Shown: piece after piece, positions 1 through 12,679 of the stretch
Numbering within the stretch: position 1 is the first letter of the stretch
Layout of the letters: every line of letters begins with the position of its first letter
NCBI RefSeq assembly: GCF_964204645.1
Contig: NC_134036.1
Coordinates: 10,705,859 to 10,769,858, forward strand
Direction: 5' to 3'
Source of the DNA: Tubulanus polymorphus
Taxonomy: Eukaryota; Animalia; Nemertea
DNA: 64,000 nt
Position numbers and translations under genes: made by a program
The notes under the pieces: generated by a model
What the model was told of the DNA's origin: nothing
What the model saw: only the letters and a program-made list of their open reading frames with translations
Databases searched by the model: none

Positions 1-559
1 TTGTGAACAGTTTGGAGGATAATTTGAGAAAGGCTATTTTATCAGTCTCTGTGTGCGTTGTATCATATTTATGCATTCCGGTTTCAAAATTCAAGAAAGC
101 CGGTTTATAACCGCGGCGTTTGTTTTCGCATTATCATAGAAGTGTAAACTGTTTCAGTTTACACTTCTATGGCGTTATGTAATTAATTGCTTGCACGGCG
201 GACATTCTATCATCATCCCATAATGTAGTTTACAAGAGTAGTCTCGTTTCGTGAAGCGTAAAACACATGTATTTTCAAACTGTTCCGTTGATGAGTTGGA
301 TTGTGAGTCCCAGTAGATGGTGCAATTACGAAATTAGGTCATTTTCTAGGAATTAGGCGTTATGCGTTTTCCGATTCGGTGTATTTCATTAGGCGTTTTT
401 CGAGTACCGTTCCTTATACAGGTTTTTCTTGGTAGGGAACTTATGTCCCCCTTTGCTATTGTGACCAACCACAACACAATAGTCAGACATTGTGAAATCT
501 CCGATAATAGCACGAATAACCACATTTGACTTGGATTTTACTTCCGGGTTGTTGATAAT

Positions 560-1310
560 CTCGCAAAAATGGCTCGCGAGAATGGTGCTGAATTTAACCT
601 GGAAATGAATTCAAAATATAACCGAAATACCTTATGTACTAGTTCATTTGCAATAAAAATCTATCGCTTCAACGTTTTAGTTAGCGATATTTTACTTATC
701 ATACATCGGCACGCATTTAAATCCTTTAAATATGATATCCCGACAATGTGATGAATTCGATAAAACCTCACTTCGAACGCTAAAGATCACTTGAAATGTC
801 AAAGAACTACCAACAATCACAAATTTAGCGATAACGCTGGAAGCAGCTAATGCAAGTAATGACTGGTGCCGGGTGTCATCATTTAGTTGTTGAGTTCAAG
901 ACTCTGAGGTGAATTAATTGCAGGCTACACTGATTATTATATGAAATATAATCTACACTGATTTTAATATGAAAATATATTATGAAATAAAATTGATTTT
1001 AGAAGGACTACACTCGTAGATTCATAATAAAAATATGAAAAGTACCAGGACTCGAACCAACAATTAAAATTGGGCCGTCAAGTGCTGCCACCATGTGATA
1101 CCTGGCAACCAGTCATTGCATTGTTAGCCGTGGAAAAATGTTTTTTTTTTTAATTTTAGGACATTTATAGTGATTTCTAGCCTTTGCAGTGAGGTTTTAT
1201 ATTATCTTACGTAGCGGTAGGCGAGAGATTTTCATTGTAAATGAACTAGAGCATGGCGAATTTAGGTTCCAATTTCCGGTTCTGACTAGCGCCATCAAAC
1301 GAGTAATTCA
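560..1310. mobile_element. Degenerate long-inverted-repeat (MITE/foldback-like) remnant
   Basis: Segments at ~637-667, ~759-800 and ~846-881 are imperfect reverse complements of ~1221-1250, ~1160-1200 and ~1094-1129. Ends are not resolvable. Confidence 0.5.
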
Positions 1311-1910
1311 AGAACTTGAATTTGTCGATATCCCGTATTAACATCCAGGATACTCAAATTAAATATATTTTCAAAACTTTAGTATTCGTCTCAAATTACG
1401 TTAATGCACATTGTTTCTTTTTTGAATTTTTAAAAATACTTCCGATTCGGAACTTCATTATGATCAATTATCATTCTTTAAATCATTCTATAACTGTTAT
1501 ACTAATTTTATTACAATACGGGATAAAGCAAAACAACAATGTCTGCCCATACTTCTGTTTTTCTTTTTATAGAAAGTACTCGGGAGTATCATAAAGTAAC
1601 AGCGTGATCCTTTCACCAGCCACATAATTAATGCACCCCGATGTTCCGACCTAACCAAACACGATCTATTCTTAAGTTTTATAAAAAGAGTTGAAATCTG
1701 TTGAAATATGGGTCGTGTCGGTACCTTGAAGAACACTGCCAGCATACTGTTGAATACACATATGTAATTGAATGAAATTTGTTAAACAATAATCAATAAT
1801 ATTGAAATTAAACAAATCAATCCTACCAAAATAGTCAGCACGCCACAACTATGCCCATCAAGTTGTTTCTGGTGAGGCAGTTCGATTATGGACCATTCAA
1901 TATCATCAAT

Positions 1911-4900
1911 CACGACCGTAGGCGTAATAGAAAAACGAATTCACCTTGACCTTAAACCGCGCACCTGCAAGCACCTATCCGCGCACCTGTGGAGCACCTG
2001 TTGAGGGCAAGTCGTTTACGTTAGCGTTATCGTAAAATCGTGTTTTTTGCAATATACCCGCCTAAGTTGATTTATTTGTCTCTCAATTAATAAATTAGCC
2101 GTATATTTTCCATCGAAATGATAAAATAATTGAAATACAATATGTTTGTATAAGGAAATAAACAACACGACACTGCGTCGTCAACCGGTCGCGGGTAGAA
2201 AAACATCGCAGTCAGCTGATTAGAATTGTGTGAATTTCGCGAAGTTCTTAGCGCAGTATTAGCTTTCAACATGGTTTCACTAAGTAATTCACGTCATATA
2301 TTCTATAAGAGAATATGAATAACTAGCGATGGCCAACGATGAGAGGTAAGTTTCGATATTTAGGCTTCAAAAGATAAAAATTCCATGTGAAATAGTACGT
2401 GCGTCGTCAATTCAAATCAATCAATTTGACCTCAAATTAAAGTATCAATCGACAGCCACCTCAAACCGCATCATTAGTTGGCCAAGGGGTCTAGGCTGTG
2501 GTTTGGGTTGTCTGTGGTAGTCTATTATGACTTCAAAAAAGATAAGAATAAGAAACAATAAAAAGAGTTGATAGGCCTAAACATTAGTTTCCTGACTGGA
2601 GAGTTTCTGGGGTAGTTCCACAAGACTAATAATGATTTTATTTATATCCTTTCATTTCAGTTGATTGATGATCCTTACTTCATTGAATTATAGAGCAAAA
2701 GTCCGTTGACGACTAGCAAATTTGGATGATAAGACTGTCAATAACTGTGTTTAGCATCAACGTTACAAGTAAGTGCCGTCTAGAATGCTGGGCTGTTGGC
2801 CTATCGTTGTAAGATTCTGGGGTTCATAGTCCTCTTTCTAGTTAGGTCTTTCTGGTGAATATGATAGGCTGGAAAGGGGTGATGATCCATGATTTCATTA
2901 TAATCAGGGACGGATCGTAATACCTGCCACCTATACTTATTAAAATGCTGATTCGAAATGAATGATTTGGAGCATAGTGCATAATTTGAGAAAAGAATTT
3001 AAAGCTTTATTATCACGACATTGACCGTATTTCCATACAGTTGTGTCTGTTCACTTCCGTACACTATTCACGTTTCAGGATCTTACATAGCTACCTGCTG
3101 ATCAGTAATGTCGACTCAATCAATTAGAGATTTATAGAAAAGCTTACCACATATTTCAAGGTAATTTGAAAAATATTTACACAATTGCTATCGAATTTTA
3201 ACATGTATAGAGTTACAGGTGATTTACTCAGATAATTCAAGTTACATCAAAATCATTCGGCAATTTTCTGACACGATTTACATTTCTTTACAGATTTTCC
3301 ATCGGCTAGACACTTCTTATAGAAACCGCCGCAACTGCATTTACGTGGAACAGACGCCGGTTGCTCTAATGTTTTCGTCGCATACAAGGCCTGGTTTTGG
3401 AAGAGAAGTTTGGAGCGTAAAACATTGTCGCGTATGCTGCAAAATGTCCGATTATCTCGATTGACACTAGCGTGTTTGCTTTCAAGAGCTTGCTCGCTGA
3501 ACAAGCCAAGTGTTCCCCACATATTTACAAATTCGGGAACATGGTATACTAGAATATGGATTTTCGGAGTGATATTTACATTGGGAAATTTAGACGTAAA
3601 AAAGCGGCCAAAATCGTGGCATTGTGTTGTCATATTGGATATCTCGTCTTTAGAAAGAAACCGAGATGCGCTGTATAATCGATATAGCGAACGTAGTCGT
3701 TCGAACAACTCTTGGAACAAGGAACTAATCGATTCGTCGGGAATCACTTTGCATAATTTTTCCGCGTTGTTTAGCAACTTGTGAATATGATTCCCTACAA
3801 AACTATTGCTATGATACGCTTGACGATCAACGCCGATTTCTATCAGGACTTGATTTAATGTCTTACATAAAGGTCCCATTTGGGCCTGAACTTTACTGTA
3901 CACAGCATTTAACTCACTTGATTTCTTTTGGAATTCCTTTTTTAACTCAACTTGTCTGGATTTAAGGTTGGCCAGATTTTCAGTGATGCATCTGATGATT
4001 TTGTTGGCCGACAATTGTTTTCCTGTAAGGCATAGTTCACACTGAAAATCTGGACAATCTTCGATACACTGCTCATGGTACGGAGCGTCACATTTGATAC
4101 AATATATATACCGATTCGGATTTGGATTCTCAATTGTCCTTATTAGACAAATTTTCGATGTACACGAAACAACACATCGACCACGTCTATTAGCAGTAGT
4201 GAGTTTCTGTAAGTATTTGCATTTCGTATCAATACGACTTGAAAGATCATTTAGTTCCTCTTGGACTTCCGATGTTTTTGTTGAAATTTCTTGCCAGGTT
4301 CTGTAAAGTGTTTCATCACGTTCCCCCAAAGATTCGTTGTCAAATTCTTGACATTTTTTTTCTAACATGTTGAAAAATAGTAAGCCAAGTCCCAGGGAGA
4401 TATGAAGTCCAGGAGGAACTAAATGATCGATATCCTGTAGGTGAAACATCTGAGCTTTCACTACACTTAAATTATTAGCACCTGGATTTGCTACATTCTG
4501 TTTATAGAGGGCAACTGATCGAGATTCAAATTTCACCGATTGTGGACAATGTGGTGAGCCGTGGTGCTTTCTTAGGTCATCCAGCTTCACTTGACACCAC
4601 AAACAAGGAAATTTGGCCGTTGAACCCTGGTGACCCATACATGTGCACAAAAAGGCAAGGTCACCAAATAGAAAAAAACGGATCGCGACGGCTACATATT
4701 TTCCATCACTATTTACAATATCTACACTAGAGATAGTCTTCATCTCATCAAATATTGGTGAGAAAACCTGCTCCATATTCTCATATGAATCTACAGCTTC
4801 AAAATACGCGATCATCTCTGTAAAGTCTGTACTATTGCACAATTTACAGTTGATAATTGAAAATACAAGTTTCGTACTACCTCCCCCCTTGTCCGCCCCA

Positions 4901-7814
4901 ATCTTAATCCATATTTCACCATGAACCTCTGCAGGAAACAACAGTTGACCTTTTTCAGACAAACGTTTAATTTTTACAAGTAACTGAACACGGAAACTAT
5001 TCACTTTAGCGTACGCAGTTGTTTTTCTCTCCGAGGTTCTCGAATTTACAATCATTTCGGCTTGACCTACATCAAGATTGTTTTTTAAAGCTTCAGATCG
5101 ACTGTTAATTTCCTCGCGCAGTTTGTCAGCTGATGGCAAAATATTGATATTGTACAGTCGTAAAAGTTTTCCTAGTTCCAAAGACTGGGTCATTGTCAGT
5201 CGAAGATGCATTTTGATTTCAAGGTACTCTTGAGCAGTGAGCATCCGCGCTGGTTTCATATCGGGAATATGGGAAATAACCTTTTCTTTAATGGATGTGT
5301 CTTTTCTTAATAAGTACGATATTGTTTTGGCAGCATTTTCAATTGATTGGTCTTTATCTTTGGAGATGAATTGGATTATAAGTTTCAACAGGGATGCTCG
5401 CTTCTCAAGAGTTTTTTCACCAGCATCTAAGGATTGTATCTTCGGCTCATCTAATTTGATGAAATAGTTGTAGTTGTCTCGGGATTTCGATTTATATGTA
5501 TTTCGAGCTCTGAAAATTGTTTTGTCTTCGTCTCCATCACAGATGATCAGCGTATTTTTGTTCTGTTGGATACATTTGATAGTTTGAAGTTCCTGCTCCA
5601 GCTGACGCACTTTTTCCTTTAAATCTACATTTTCTTGGGAAATGGATGGCGGCGCTGGCTGTTTTTTAGGAGTTGAACTAGACTGATACGATATCTCATA
5701 AGATGACTCTGGTTCTGCAATATCTGAGTCAACGGGATTGATAGTAGTTGATGCTGATGATATTGCACTTAGCTCGAGGGATTCGCTGGTACTCTCATCT
5801 GATTTAGCGCTGTTACGACTACCGATACACGATCCTATCAACAAATCAGGTTATAAAGCGAGCATTACTTAAATGTTTGTATATTTAATTTTGTTCCAAA
5901 ATTTCAATGTTTGATATTTATTGATTTTTGCACTTATCTTGGATGTTATGAATGATTAAACGTTGTACTGTTTGTCAAATTATTAAGACAGTATTATTTT
6001 TTTTATTTCTTAATTGGGTGTTTATTAGTAATAACCTTTAATCTAAACTTAACAAAAATGAAAGAATGAGGCAATAATGTACTTACAGTCTTTGCGTTGC
6101 TCCGTTGTATATAGTGAAATGTTGTAAATTTTTAGGGCAAAATAAATATTATCATACATGTATACACTATCTATGGCTTGGTTATTCTGATTTTGTATTT
6201 TCACTCCAGGCTAGTCTTTGGTCCTCTTGGATTGGTGAAACAGTAGATCCTGCTTACTGGGGGCATTTGTCCTATGAAATTGTTCCAGTTTGTGTTCAGC
6301 AAATCATGATCGAATGAATCAATACATGCCGCAGTAAATTTTGGTCCCGTCAAAAAATTGAGTAGGTAACCCGATTTCCTGGATGTGAATGCCGACACGT
6401 TCGTTGTACAGTCAAATTTGCACCAATCGGATAGTATATCCCTAATTATTCCGACTGAACCAGGTTTACACACATATTTTGGCCTAATTCTGGAATAAAC
6501 TCATCCGGGTTGAGCAAGCTTTTGACTATCAAACGATGACGAAAGAAAAACAAACTAACAAGAAAAAGAATGCAGAAGAGTTACAATTTAAATGATAATT
6601 ATACTCCACTTTATTCCACAAAAAAAGAAACATTTTCATACAAAATATGGTCTCGAACAATGAAACAGCATCAAGATCAGAGGTTAACACTGGGATACGG
6701 AAATTGAAATCTCTTTCTGAACAAGTCTTAATGTATTTCTGCAGCGAAAACCTCTTTACTCTTTAACAAAGTATCTGCAATTACATGACATACCTCGGGA
6801 ATGGAATGAAATTGGGTCCTTGGCTATATTGCTGTAGCCAAATGGTTGCAACTGAAGGTTCAGGTCGGTAAGGTCATGTAACCGCAGACTTATTTTGTGA
6901 ATTAACAATAGTTATCATACATTTTATGGGCCAAAAGTTGTAATTCATGCAGTCTGTATAGGGCCTAGCCGCCTATTACTCACTCATGCTCTTCATTTTA
7001 TCAGCAAACTTTTTCTTTTTCCTGCCGTGGCCAAAGTTGAAACCTTTTTTCCGCTTATTATTTGATTCTTCCATCTAAAAATCAAAGAAAACCGTTTGAA
7101 TTTCAGCCTTTTCTTATACAAAGAGAAATGAAAAGGCAATAAAAAATGATTGAATTTATTTTTCTTAAATTTACCTTCATCTCATCAAAATCGACGGGCA
7201 TCTCATCAAAATCGACAGGCATTGTCAACAGATCAATGTCATAGAATCATCAGCTGAAAAATAATAGTCATTGACAAGCTTATATTCACTTGATATACAG
7301 AAAAGAACATATCAATTACGATAGGCCACGAGCGCTGAAATTTTTTTTCAGAATTGCAAATTTTTGAACTCTAAATTCGTCCTGCCTTCACTATTGAAGC
7401 AAAAATACCTCATAAATTGGGTATCACTGGACAGCTTATCCAATTTTTCAGAGAACTAAAGTCTTAGATTTTGAATAAAAGGCACATTAGGGTCAAAAAT
7501 ACGTACTTTGAAGAGCAAAAATCGGACAAAATTGATCTGTTGACTTCCGGGTTCTTTGAGCGCGCCGTACTCGGATTTGGTGGAAGTTACGCGAAATCGG
7601 CTCTTTAGTTCCCTAGATTTGAATGTTGTCTACAAGTTGAGACACGTTCGGTTCGAATCCCATAATTAATAGCTGAGCTACCGAAGTTTTCCGGACGCAG
7701 CTCCGGCCATATCTTTAAGCATTAGCGAGACGGCCCGGCCAATCAGCGCACGCCATCGATTTTAAGATATCGATTGTTCCAATTTCTAAAATTCGTATCT
7801 CGCCTACGGTCGTG
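1911..7814 (-). mobile_element. Chapaev-like (CMC superfamily) DNA transposon, copy 1
   Basis: 14-bp TIRs CACGACCGTAGGCG at 1911 and its reverse complement ending at 7814; 4-bp TSD CAAT (1907-1910 / 7815-7818); near-identical inverted copy at 47856-53765. Confidence 0.9.
3253..5844 (-). CDS. Chapaev-type DDE transposase with internal PHD-type finger (likely the main 3' exon)
   Basis: Motifs GADKGGGS (D), FGDLAFL...MGHQG...FPCLWC (D), PPGLH, TPKIHIL..HVPEF and GLFSEQALESKH (E) resemble Transib/RAG1/Chapaev cores. The ORF is open for 863 codons but lacks an ATG start. Confidence 0.85.
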   Translation of the reverse strand: MLIGSCIGSRNSAKSDESTSESLELSAISSASTTINPVDSDIAEPESSYEISYQSSSTPKKQPAPPSISQENVDLKEKVRQLEQELQTIKCIQQNKNTLIICDGDEDKTIFRARNTYKSKSRDNYNYFIKLDEPKIQSLDAGEKTLEKRASLLKLIIQFISKDKDQSIENAAKTISYLLRKDTSIKEKVISHIPDMKPARMLTAQEYLEIKMHLRLTMTQSLELGKLLRLYNINILPSADKLREEINSRSEALKNNLDVGQAEMIVNSRTSERKTTAYAKVNSFRVQLLVKIKRLSEKGQLLFPAEVHGEIWIKIGADKGGGSTKLVFSIINCKLCNSTDFTEMIAYFEAVDSYENMEQVFSPIFDEMKTISSVDIVNSDGKYVAVAIRFFLFGDLAFLCTCMGHQGSTAKFPCLWCQVKLDDLRKHHGSPHCPQSVKFESRSVALYKQNVANPGANNLSVVKAQMFHLQDIDHLVPPGLHISLGLGLLFFNMLEKKCQEFDNESLGERDETLYRTWQEISTKTSEVQEELNDLSSRIDTKCKYLQKLTTANRRGRCVVSCTSKICLIRTIENPNPNRYIYCIKCDAPYHEQCIEDCPDFQCELCLTGKQLSANKIIRCITENLANLKSRQVELKKEFQKKSSELNAVYSKVQAQMGPLCKTLNQVLIEIGVDRQAYHSNSFVGNHIHKLLNNAEKLCKVIPDESISSLFQELFERLRSLYRLYSASRFLSKDEISNMTTQCHDFGRFFTSKFPNVNITPKIHILVYHVPEFVNMWGTLGLFSEQALESKHASVNRDNRTFCSIRDNVLRSKLLFQNQALYATKTLEQPASVPRKCSCGGFYKKCLADGKSVKKCKSCQKIAE

Positions 7815-9859
7815 CAATGTCATGTCTACCAAGGGCTGTGGCTCAGTAAGTCAAGTAAGACATTACATTGAGATGAGAAATAGTTTGGAAATTATACATA
7901 ATACATTGACATCGATAGAGAATAACGCAGTTTTCATAATGATTTCTTACTTAATATTCTTCAGTGCTTGAGCTTTTTTAAAATCAGATGCTCAGATGTA
8001 GCAAAGTACTACATACTTTCTTGAATAGACTATATTTGTATCGTGATTTGTTTCCTGCGACAATCGGAGTTATTATATAAGAATCAATAGCCGTACAGTC
8101 ATACATACTTTTTTCAGCTTCAAGGGCTAGGGCCATGTTTATCACCTGAATAAAGAGCAAAAGATATTGATATGAAGTTCAATGAAAAAATGCGCATGGG
8201 ATGATTTATTATCCAGTAACCATACATGTTGTCTAGAACTGTATGAGATACTAATTAATACAAACAAAAGTTTTAAGATCTTCCGAAACAACACACTACT
8301 TACTCACTAGTAGTAACATATATGACATAGGAATTTAATTTCAAGGACCGCAATCCCTCATCGGTCAAGAGATGACTACCAGATGAGTATTGGATCTTCC
8401 TTTTTGTCCAAAATACATTTGACATGAAAAAACATCATTTGTGGCACACGTATTTCATGTAGAAGAAAGAGAGAAAAAGAATTAATTACAATTGCGACTT
8501 ACATGTGCTGAACTTTACTTCCGCGTACGTCACGGTTTGTTTACTTCCGGTATATTCAGAACATGCGCAGAGCGAAACCTAACTGTGGCCGGTAGAAAAA
8601 ATCGCTTACCATCAAAATTCTCTAAGTCCAGAAAACAGTCGAGTGCGCAGGCGTCACTACATGTCAGAACTTCAATAACATGTGAATGGCTCCAGCGTCG
8701 CTGTAGTTTCTATTAGGTTCGAATCCCAAATAATTTTGATCTTAATTCAAATTTTGACGACCCAGTGTCGCTAGTTAATCTGTTTGCAGTGCTATTGAGT
8801 TCGAATCCCGAATATGTTATAGAAAAATACTTGCACGGAATTTTTCTTTTCAGGTACGAAAATTCCAGCTTACTGCAACCTGTTGTCCCAAAAATAGAAA
8901 TGATCATCTGACAAAATACGAAGAATGCCTCATCATCCAGTTCACAATTGCGAATTAAAATTAGTCAAAGCATAACTCACGCCTTACATCTATGGAACGG
9001 TCCCAAATCGATTGAACAACAAGAGAAAACTTAATATATGCTTATATACGTATATGATACGAATGGAATAAATCTATTTGGATAATTCACTTGTTTGTGT
9101 AAATATGACATACAAGATTATCTAGACATTAGGCCTACAGAGTCAACAATTACGGTTTACCAAACAAGATTTTAGTGGTAACAATTAAACCACTGCCTCT
9201 AGGAAGTCATGAAGAAAGCACCCTTCCTACGTTTTAGTTCCCAGGTACTCGCCCCATGACTACCACAAAAGCAGTGAAATAACAATTACCTCATATACAT
9301 ACATCAAAGTAGGAGGAAACATAACGCAATACTTGCAGAGACCGCCCTGCAATGCTGGCGAAAAGACTAACCATGGATAATCAGAAAGCCAACTTCTCTA
9401 GAATCTCAATGTAATGTATCGTTGTTTCGACGGCTTGTGGATCAATTGATGTTTAAATTCGTAGTTGTTTCCCGGTATGAAATCATTGTCCAAATAAGCA
9501 GCTTTCTCTACGTTATCCATTTTTGTAGTCCTTCAAATCTTTCTACAAAGGTTCCAACATCTTTGGCACCTTCATCTAAAAAGGAAATTATTGGTATTTA
9601 GTATTATTTAATCATATGTTGAATAATGGTTGCATGCGTTACTTTTTAGATTTGCATAGAATAGCTGATGTCATGCTATGACAAATATTCTGAATGTTAA
9701 GGTAAATTATACCTATCATATGGCCGATTGAGTTGTTGTTCTCATCACCCTCCATTTCTTCATTGATGACATCATGTCCCTCTGACGATTCATCGTGGTC
9801 TAAAAAGTTGTCAGATTCAACAACCACTGCCGCACCAGATCTACAGAATATGAAAATAT

Positions 9860-10490
9860 TATGATACTTGTGTACCCCTGTCAGCATGCTTATCATATTG
9901 AAACTGCCCTTTTTGTATCAATGCAAATATCACAGGAAGGTGTATCTGCCGATGAGCATATTTACCCTAGAGGTGCATGTTCCTCCAATGCCGCATCAAT
10001 ATGTTCTACAGGTTCCGCATCGGGACGTACAATAACAGGTTCGACAGCCGTCACACCAGATCTACATAAAGAAATTGATAATAGGCTCTTATGCAAATTC
10101 GTAATACGTAAAAACACTTTTGGCACATTTTCAGTGCCCTGTTTTAAGATAAGAAAACGCGGGTGAGAACTATGTGCCCCTATCAGTATATTTATCGCAT
10201 TTTAAGTGCCCTTTTTGCATCAAAACAAATATCATAGACAGTGTGCCAATGAGCATATTGACCCTATGCGAGGTACATGTTCCTCCAATGCCGCATCAAT
10301 ATGTTCTACAGGTTCTGCATCGGGATGTACAATAACAGGTTCGACAGCCGTCAACACCAGATCTACATAAAGAAATTTATAATAGGCTCTTATGCATTAT
10401 CGTAATACCACATTTTCACACATCTACCACATTTTCAGTGCCCTTTTATAGATTCGGAAACATGGGTTAAAATTATGTGCCCCTATATCA
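9860..10490 (-). repeat. Tandem ~300-bp duplication of an exon+intron unit
   Basis: CATGTTCCTCCAATGCCGCATCAATATGTTCTACAGG...CACCAGATCTACATAAAGAAATT occurs at ~9976-10075 and again at ~10276-10376. Confidence 0.8.
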
Positions 10491-10859
10491 GTACATATGG
10501 TGCAGGGCCCTTTTCTGAAATTTGGATCCGCAGGAAAAATTAGGTGCCCTCATCAAAATAAAGAACATTCACCCGTTCGAAATGAGAATGACCTTGTTAT
10601 GAAAATAATGTGCCCCTGATAAATTCTCATCGGAATCATAATCCATTCTAGTGCCGCCAAATACATCAGTTATGATGGGTGGACGAAGTTCTTACAGACT
10701 ACTGTCTGTCACACCTGCTCTCCGTGCGACGTTTTGGTCCGTAATTACGTGAATAATCGGTTCATCTCTAAAAATTATGCATCAATTTGTTCAGTAAGGA
10801 ATTTGCATTCAGAAATAAATGATGAAGTGTCATAGATTTGTTTGTATTTTTATCTGTCA

Positions 10860-11039
10860 GCGATAGTTTACCTGGCATACGCTCGCGTGATGCTGAAAAT
10901 CTGCATTTATGGCCCATTACGTGGCGCCACCTACTGTATTTTGATATGCTAACGAGCAGGTGATGACGTCACTGTAACGTTTCCGAGCGTCCGCGGAGTT
11001 TTTCAGCATTACACGAGCGTATGCTGAGTAAACTATCGC
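10860..11039. mobile_element. 180-bp MITE, PIF/Harbinger-like
   Basis: ~40-bp imperfect TIRs GCGATAGTTTAC...GTAAACTATCGC flanked by a 3-bp TCA duplication (10857-10859 / 11040-11042). Confidence 0.7.
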
Positions 11040-11600
11040 TCATAAATGACAACAAAAACACCTTTAGTAAAAATTGGTGTTTATTTCTAAATTTCTAAGT
11101 CCCCACTTAACAATTTGATGTGTAATAAAGGTAGATAAACGGTTTACTAATGAAATTACGGACCAAAACGTCGCACGGAGAGTAGGTGTGACGGACAGTA
11201 GGCCTACTAGTAGTAATATGGCCTTCGTTCGACGAACGAATTCTGTCGTGTTTTAACGTCAAAATTTCCATCTGATCACTATCTTTACCTGAACAAATCT
11301 GTAATTTTTGCAGTTTTCGACGCCGCCGCAACATTTTCCTGCTTTTTTCGTTTTCCATATCTTTCTTTTGGCGGCATATTCAGAGAAAGTTAATAAAAAA
11401 ATTTCTTATAACTTCAGCTAGCGAGAGTTGCCATGTTGCGTACCGAAACGCGGCCCCGGACATAGACACCGGACAACGCGAGGCGGCAAATAGCCGACGT
11501 GCGAGCACCGGATTTTTCAGCAGCGCGTTTTTAAAAAGGGCACTTGTCCAAAAAGGGGTGGGTTCGAACCCAAGGAACCCACCCCCTGTATCCGCGCCTG

Positions 11601-12570
11601 ATATCGTGACCCATATACCGAGCCAGGAGATCCAATTCATGGTTTTTCAAATTTAAAATCTGCGACATAGTACCCATGTGTTTTCGCAATCTTGTGGATG
11701 TCAATAACTCTGGCTTCTTAGCCCCGCATTCATGTGCATACAATCGCAAACAATCAGCACCACGAATTTCATTCAATGATGCACCATATGGGCGTGCAAA
11801 TATGTATGGATTTCTGTCGGAGACTCTCACCACGGACCGCAGATCAATCAAAATATCATTATACTTCGTCACAGTTTGTGTCAAAATAACTGGCACATGG
11901 CTACCCCACTTACCGATAACGCTGATATGTGTTAGTTCTTTGCACAGGTGTTTTTCACATTCATATTCATATTCATCTTCATGAGTTTTTATGAACTTGA
12001 TAACTAGTGCCTCTCCCAAGAGCATGACCAACTGCTTAAGCTAAAGATGGCACCTTGTAGACACCATGTTGTGGATCAAAATCCTGCCTTTTCCTTTACT
12101 GCTCTTACAATGTCATCAAAGCTACATGGCCGTATAACATCAGTACAGGACAATATCTGAAATCTCTCGCAGTTTAAGCACAAGCCTACCAAGTAACCTC
12201 ATATGCTTTTTTAATGAAGAAAACTTGTTTTTTTTTCTATTGTGTTTGGACAATGACCTTTTTGCGACATCTTTTTTCAGGACATCTGTTTTAGCAACCA
12301 TTGATACATCATCATGCTGCAATGTATCAAGTAATTCAGCTAAGCCTCATCTTGACAACCAGGTAACATTGATGCAGCTTCCGTCTGCACTCGAACTCTC
12401 TTTTTGGAATGGCTAACTGGTTTCGCCGGACATTTTCCACAGTGTCGCCACAAACTTGCTCTTTTGTAATATCCTCTGCAGTGTGGACAAGGCAAGTAAT
12501 CTGATGGCGTGGAGCTTATGCCATAGAAAATCAGCGTTTTTGTACAGAGGTAAACTGAACTATGCATTTC
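11601..12570 (-). pseudogene. CryptonV-type tyrosine recombinase, fragmented
   Basis: Pieces YLPCPHCRGYYKRASLWRH, MRLLGRLV, GKWGSHVPVILT, NPYIFARP, RGADCLR, LTSTRLRKHMGT and LARYMGHDIR occur in several frames. The gene is cut right after GHDIR. Confidence 0.8.
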
Positions 12571-12679
12571 TTGAATATAAGGCTACCAACGATGAAAGCG
12601 ATGTATTATTATTGCTTTTTATTCTTTTTCTGTTTTTTTTGCTTTTGCTAGATATACTTATACTCGCATGCCATCATGT

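Larger units (their letters stand above)
9290..11600 (-). mobile_element. Truncated hAT-like transposon remnant inserted into the CryptonV recombinase gene
   Basis: The terminus CAGGCGCGGATACAGGGGG starts at 11600 (-), exactly where the Crypton ORF breaks. A minus-strand exon at ~9300-9520 encodes RF*RSWLSDYPWLVFSPALQGGLCKYCVMF, a TTF-type zinc finger typical of hAT N-termini. No second end was found. Confidence 0.6.

Noticed and set aside
3219-5467. Antisense ORFs over the transposase (and similar shadows over Polinton genes)
   Set aside because: These are short shadow frames, duplicated only because the element is duplicated.
1911-7814. ProtoRAG/RAGL or Transib element (CAC termini, RAG1-like core)
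   Set aside because: The TSD is 4 bp rather than 5 bp, there is no heptamer-spacer-nonamer structure, and no convergent RAG2-like ORF is present. Chapaev fits better.
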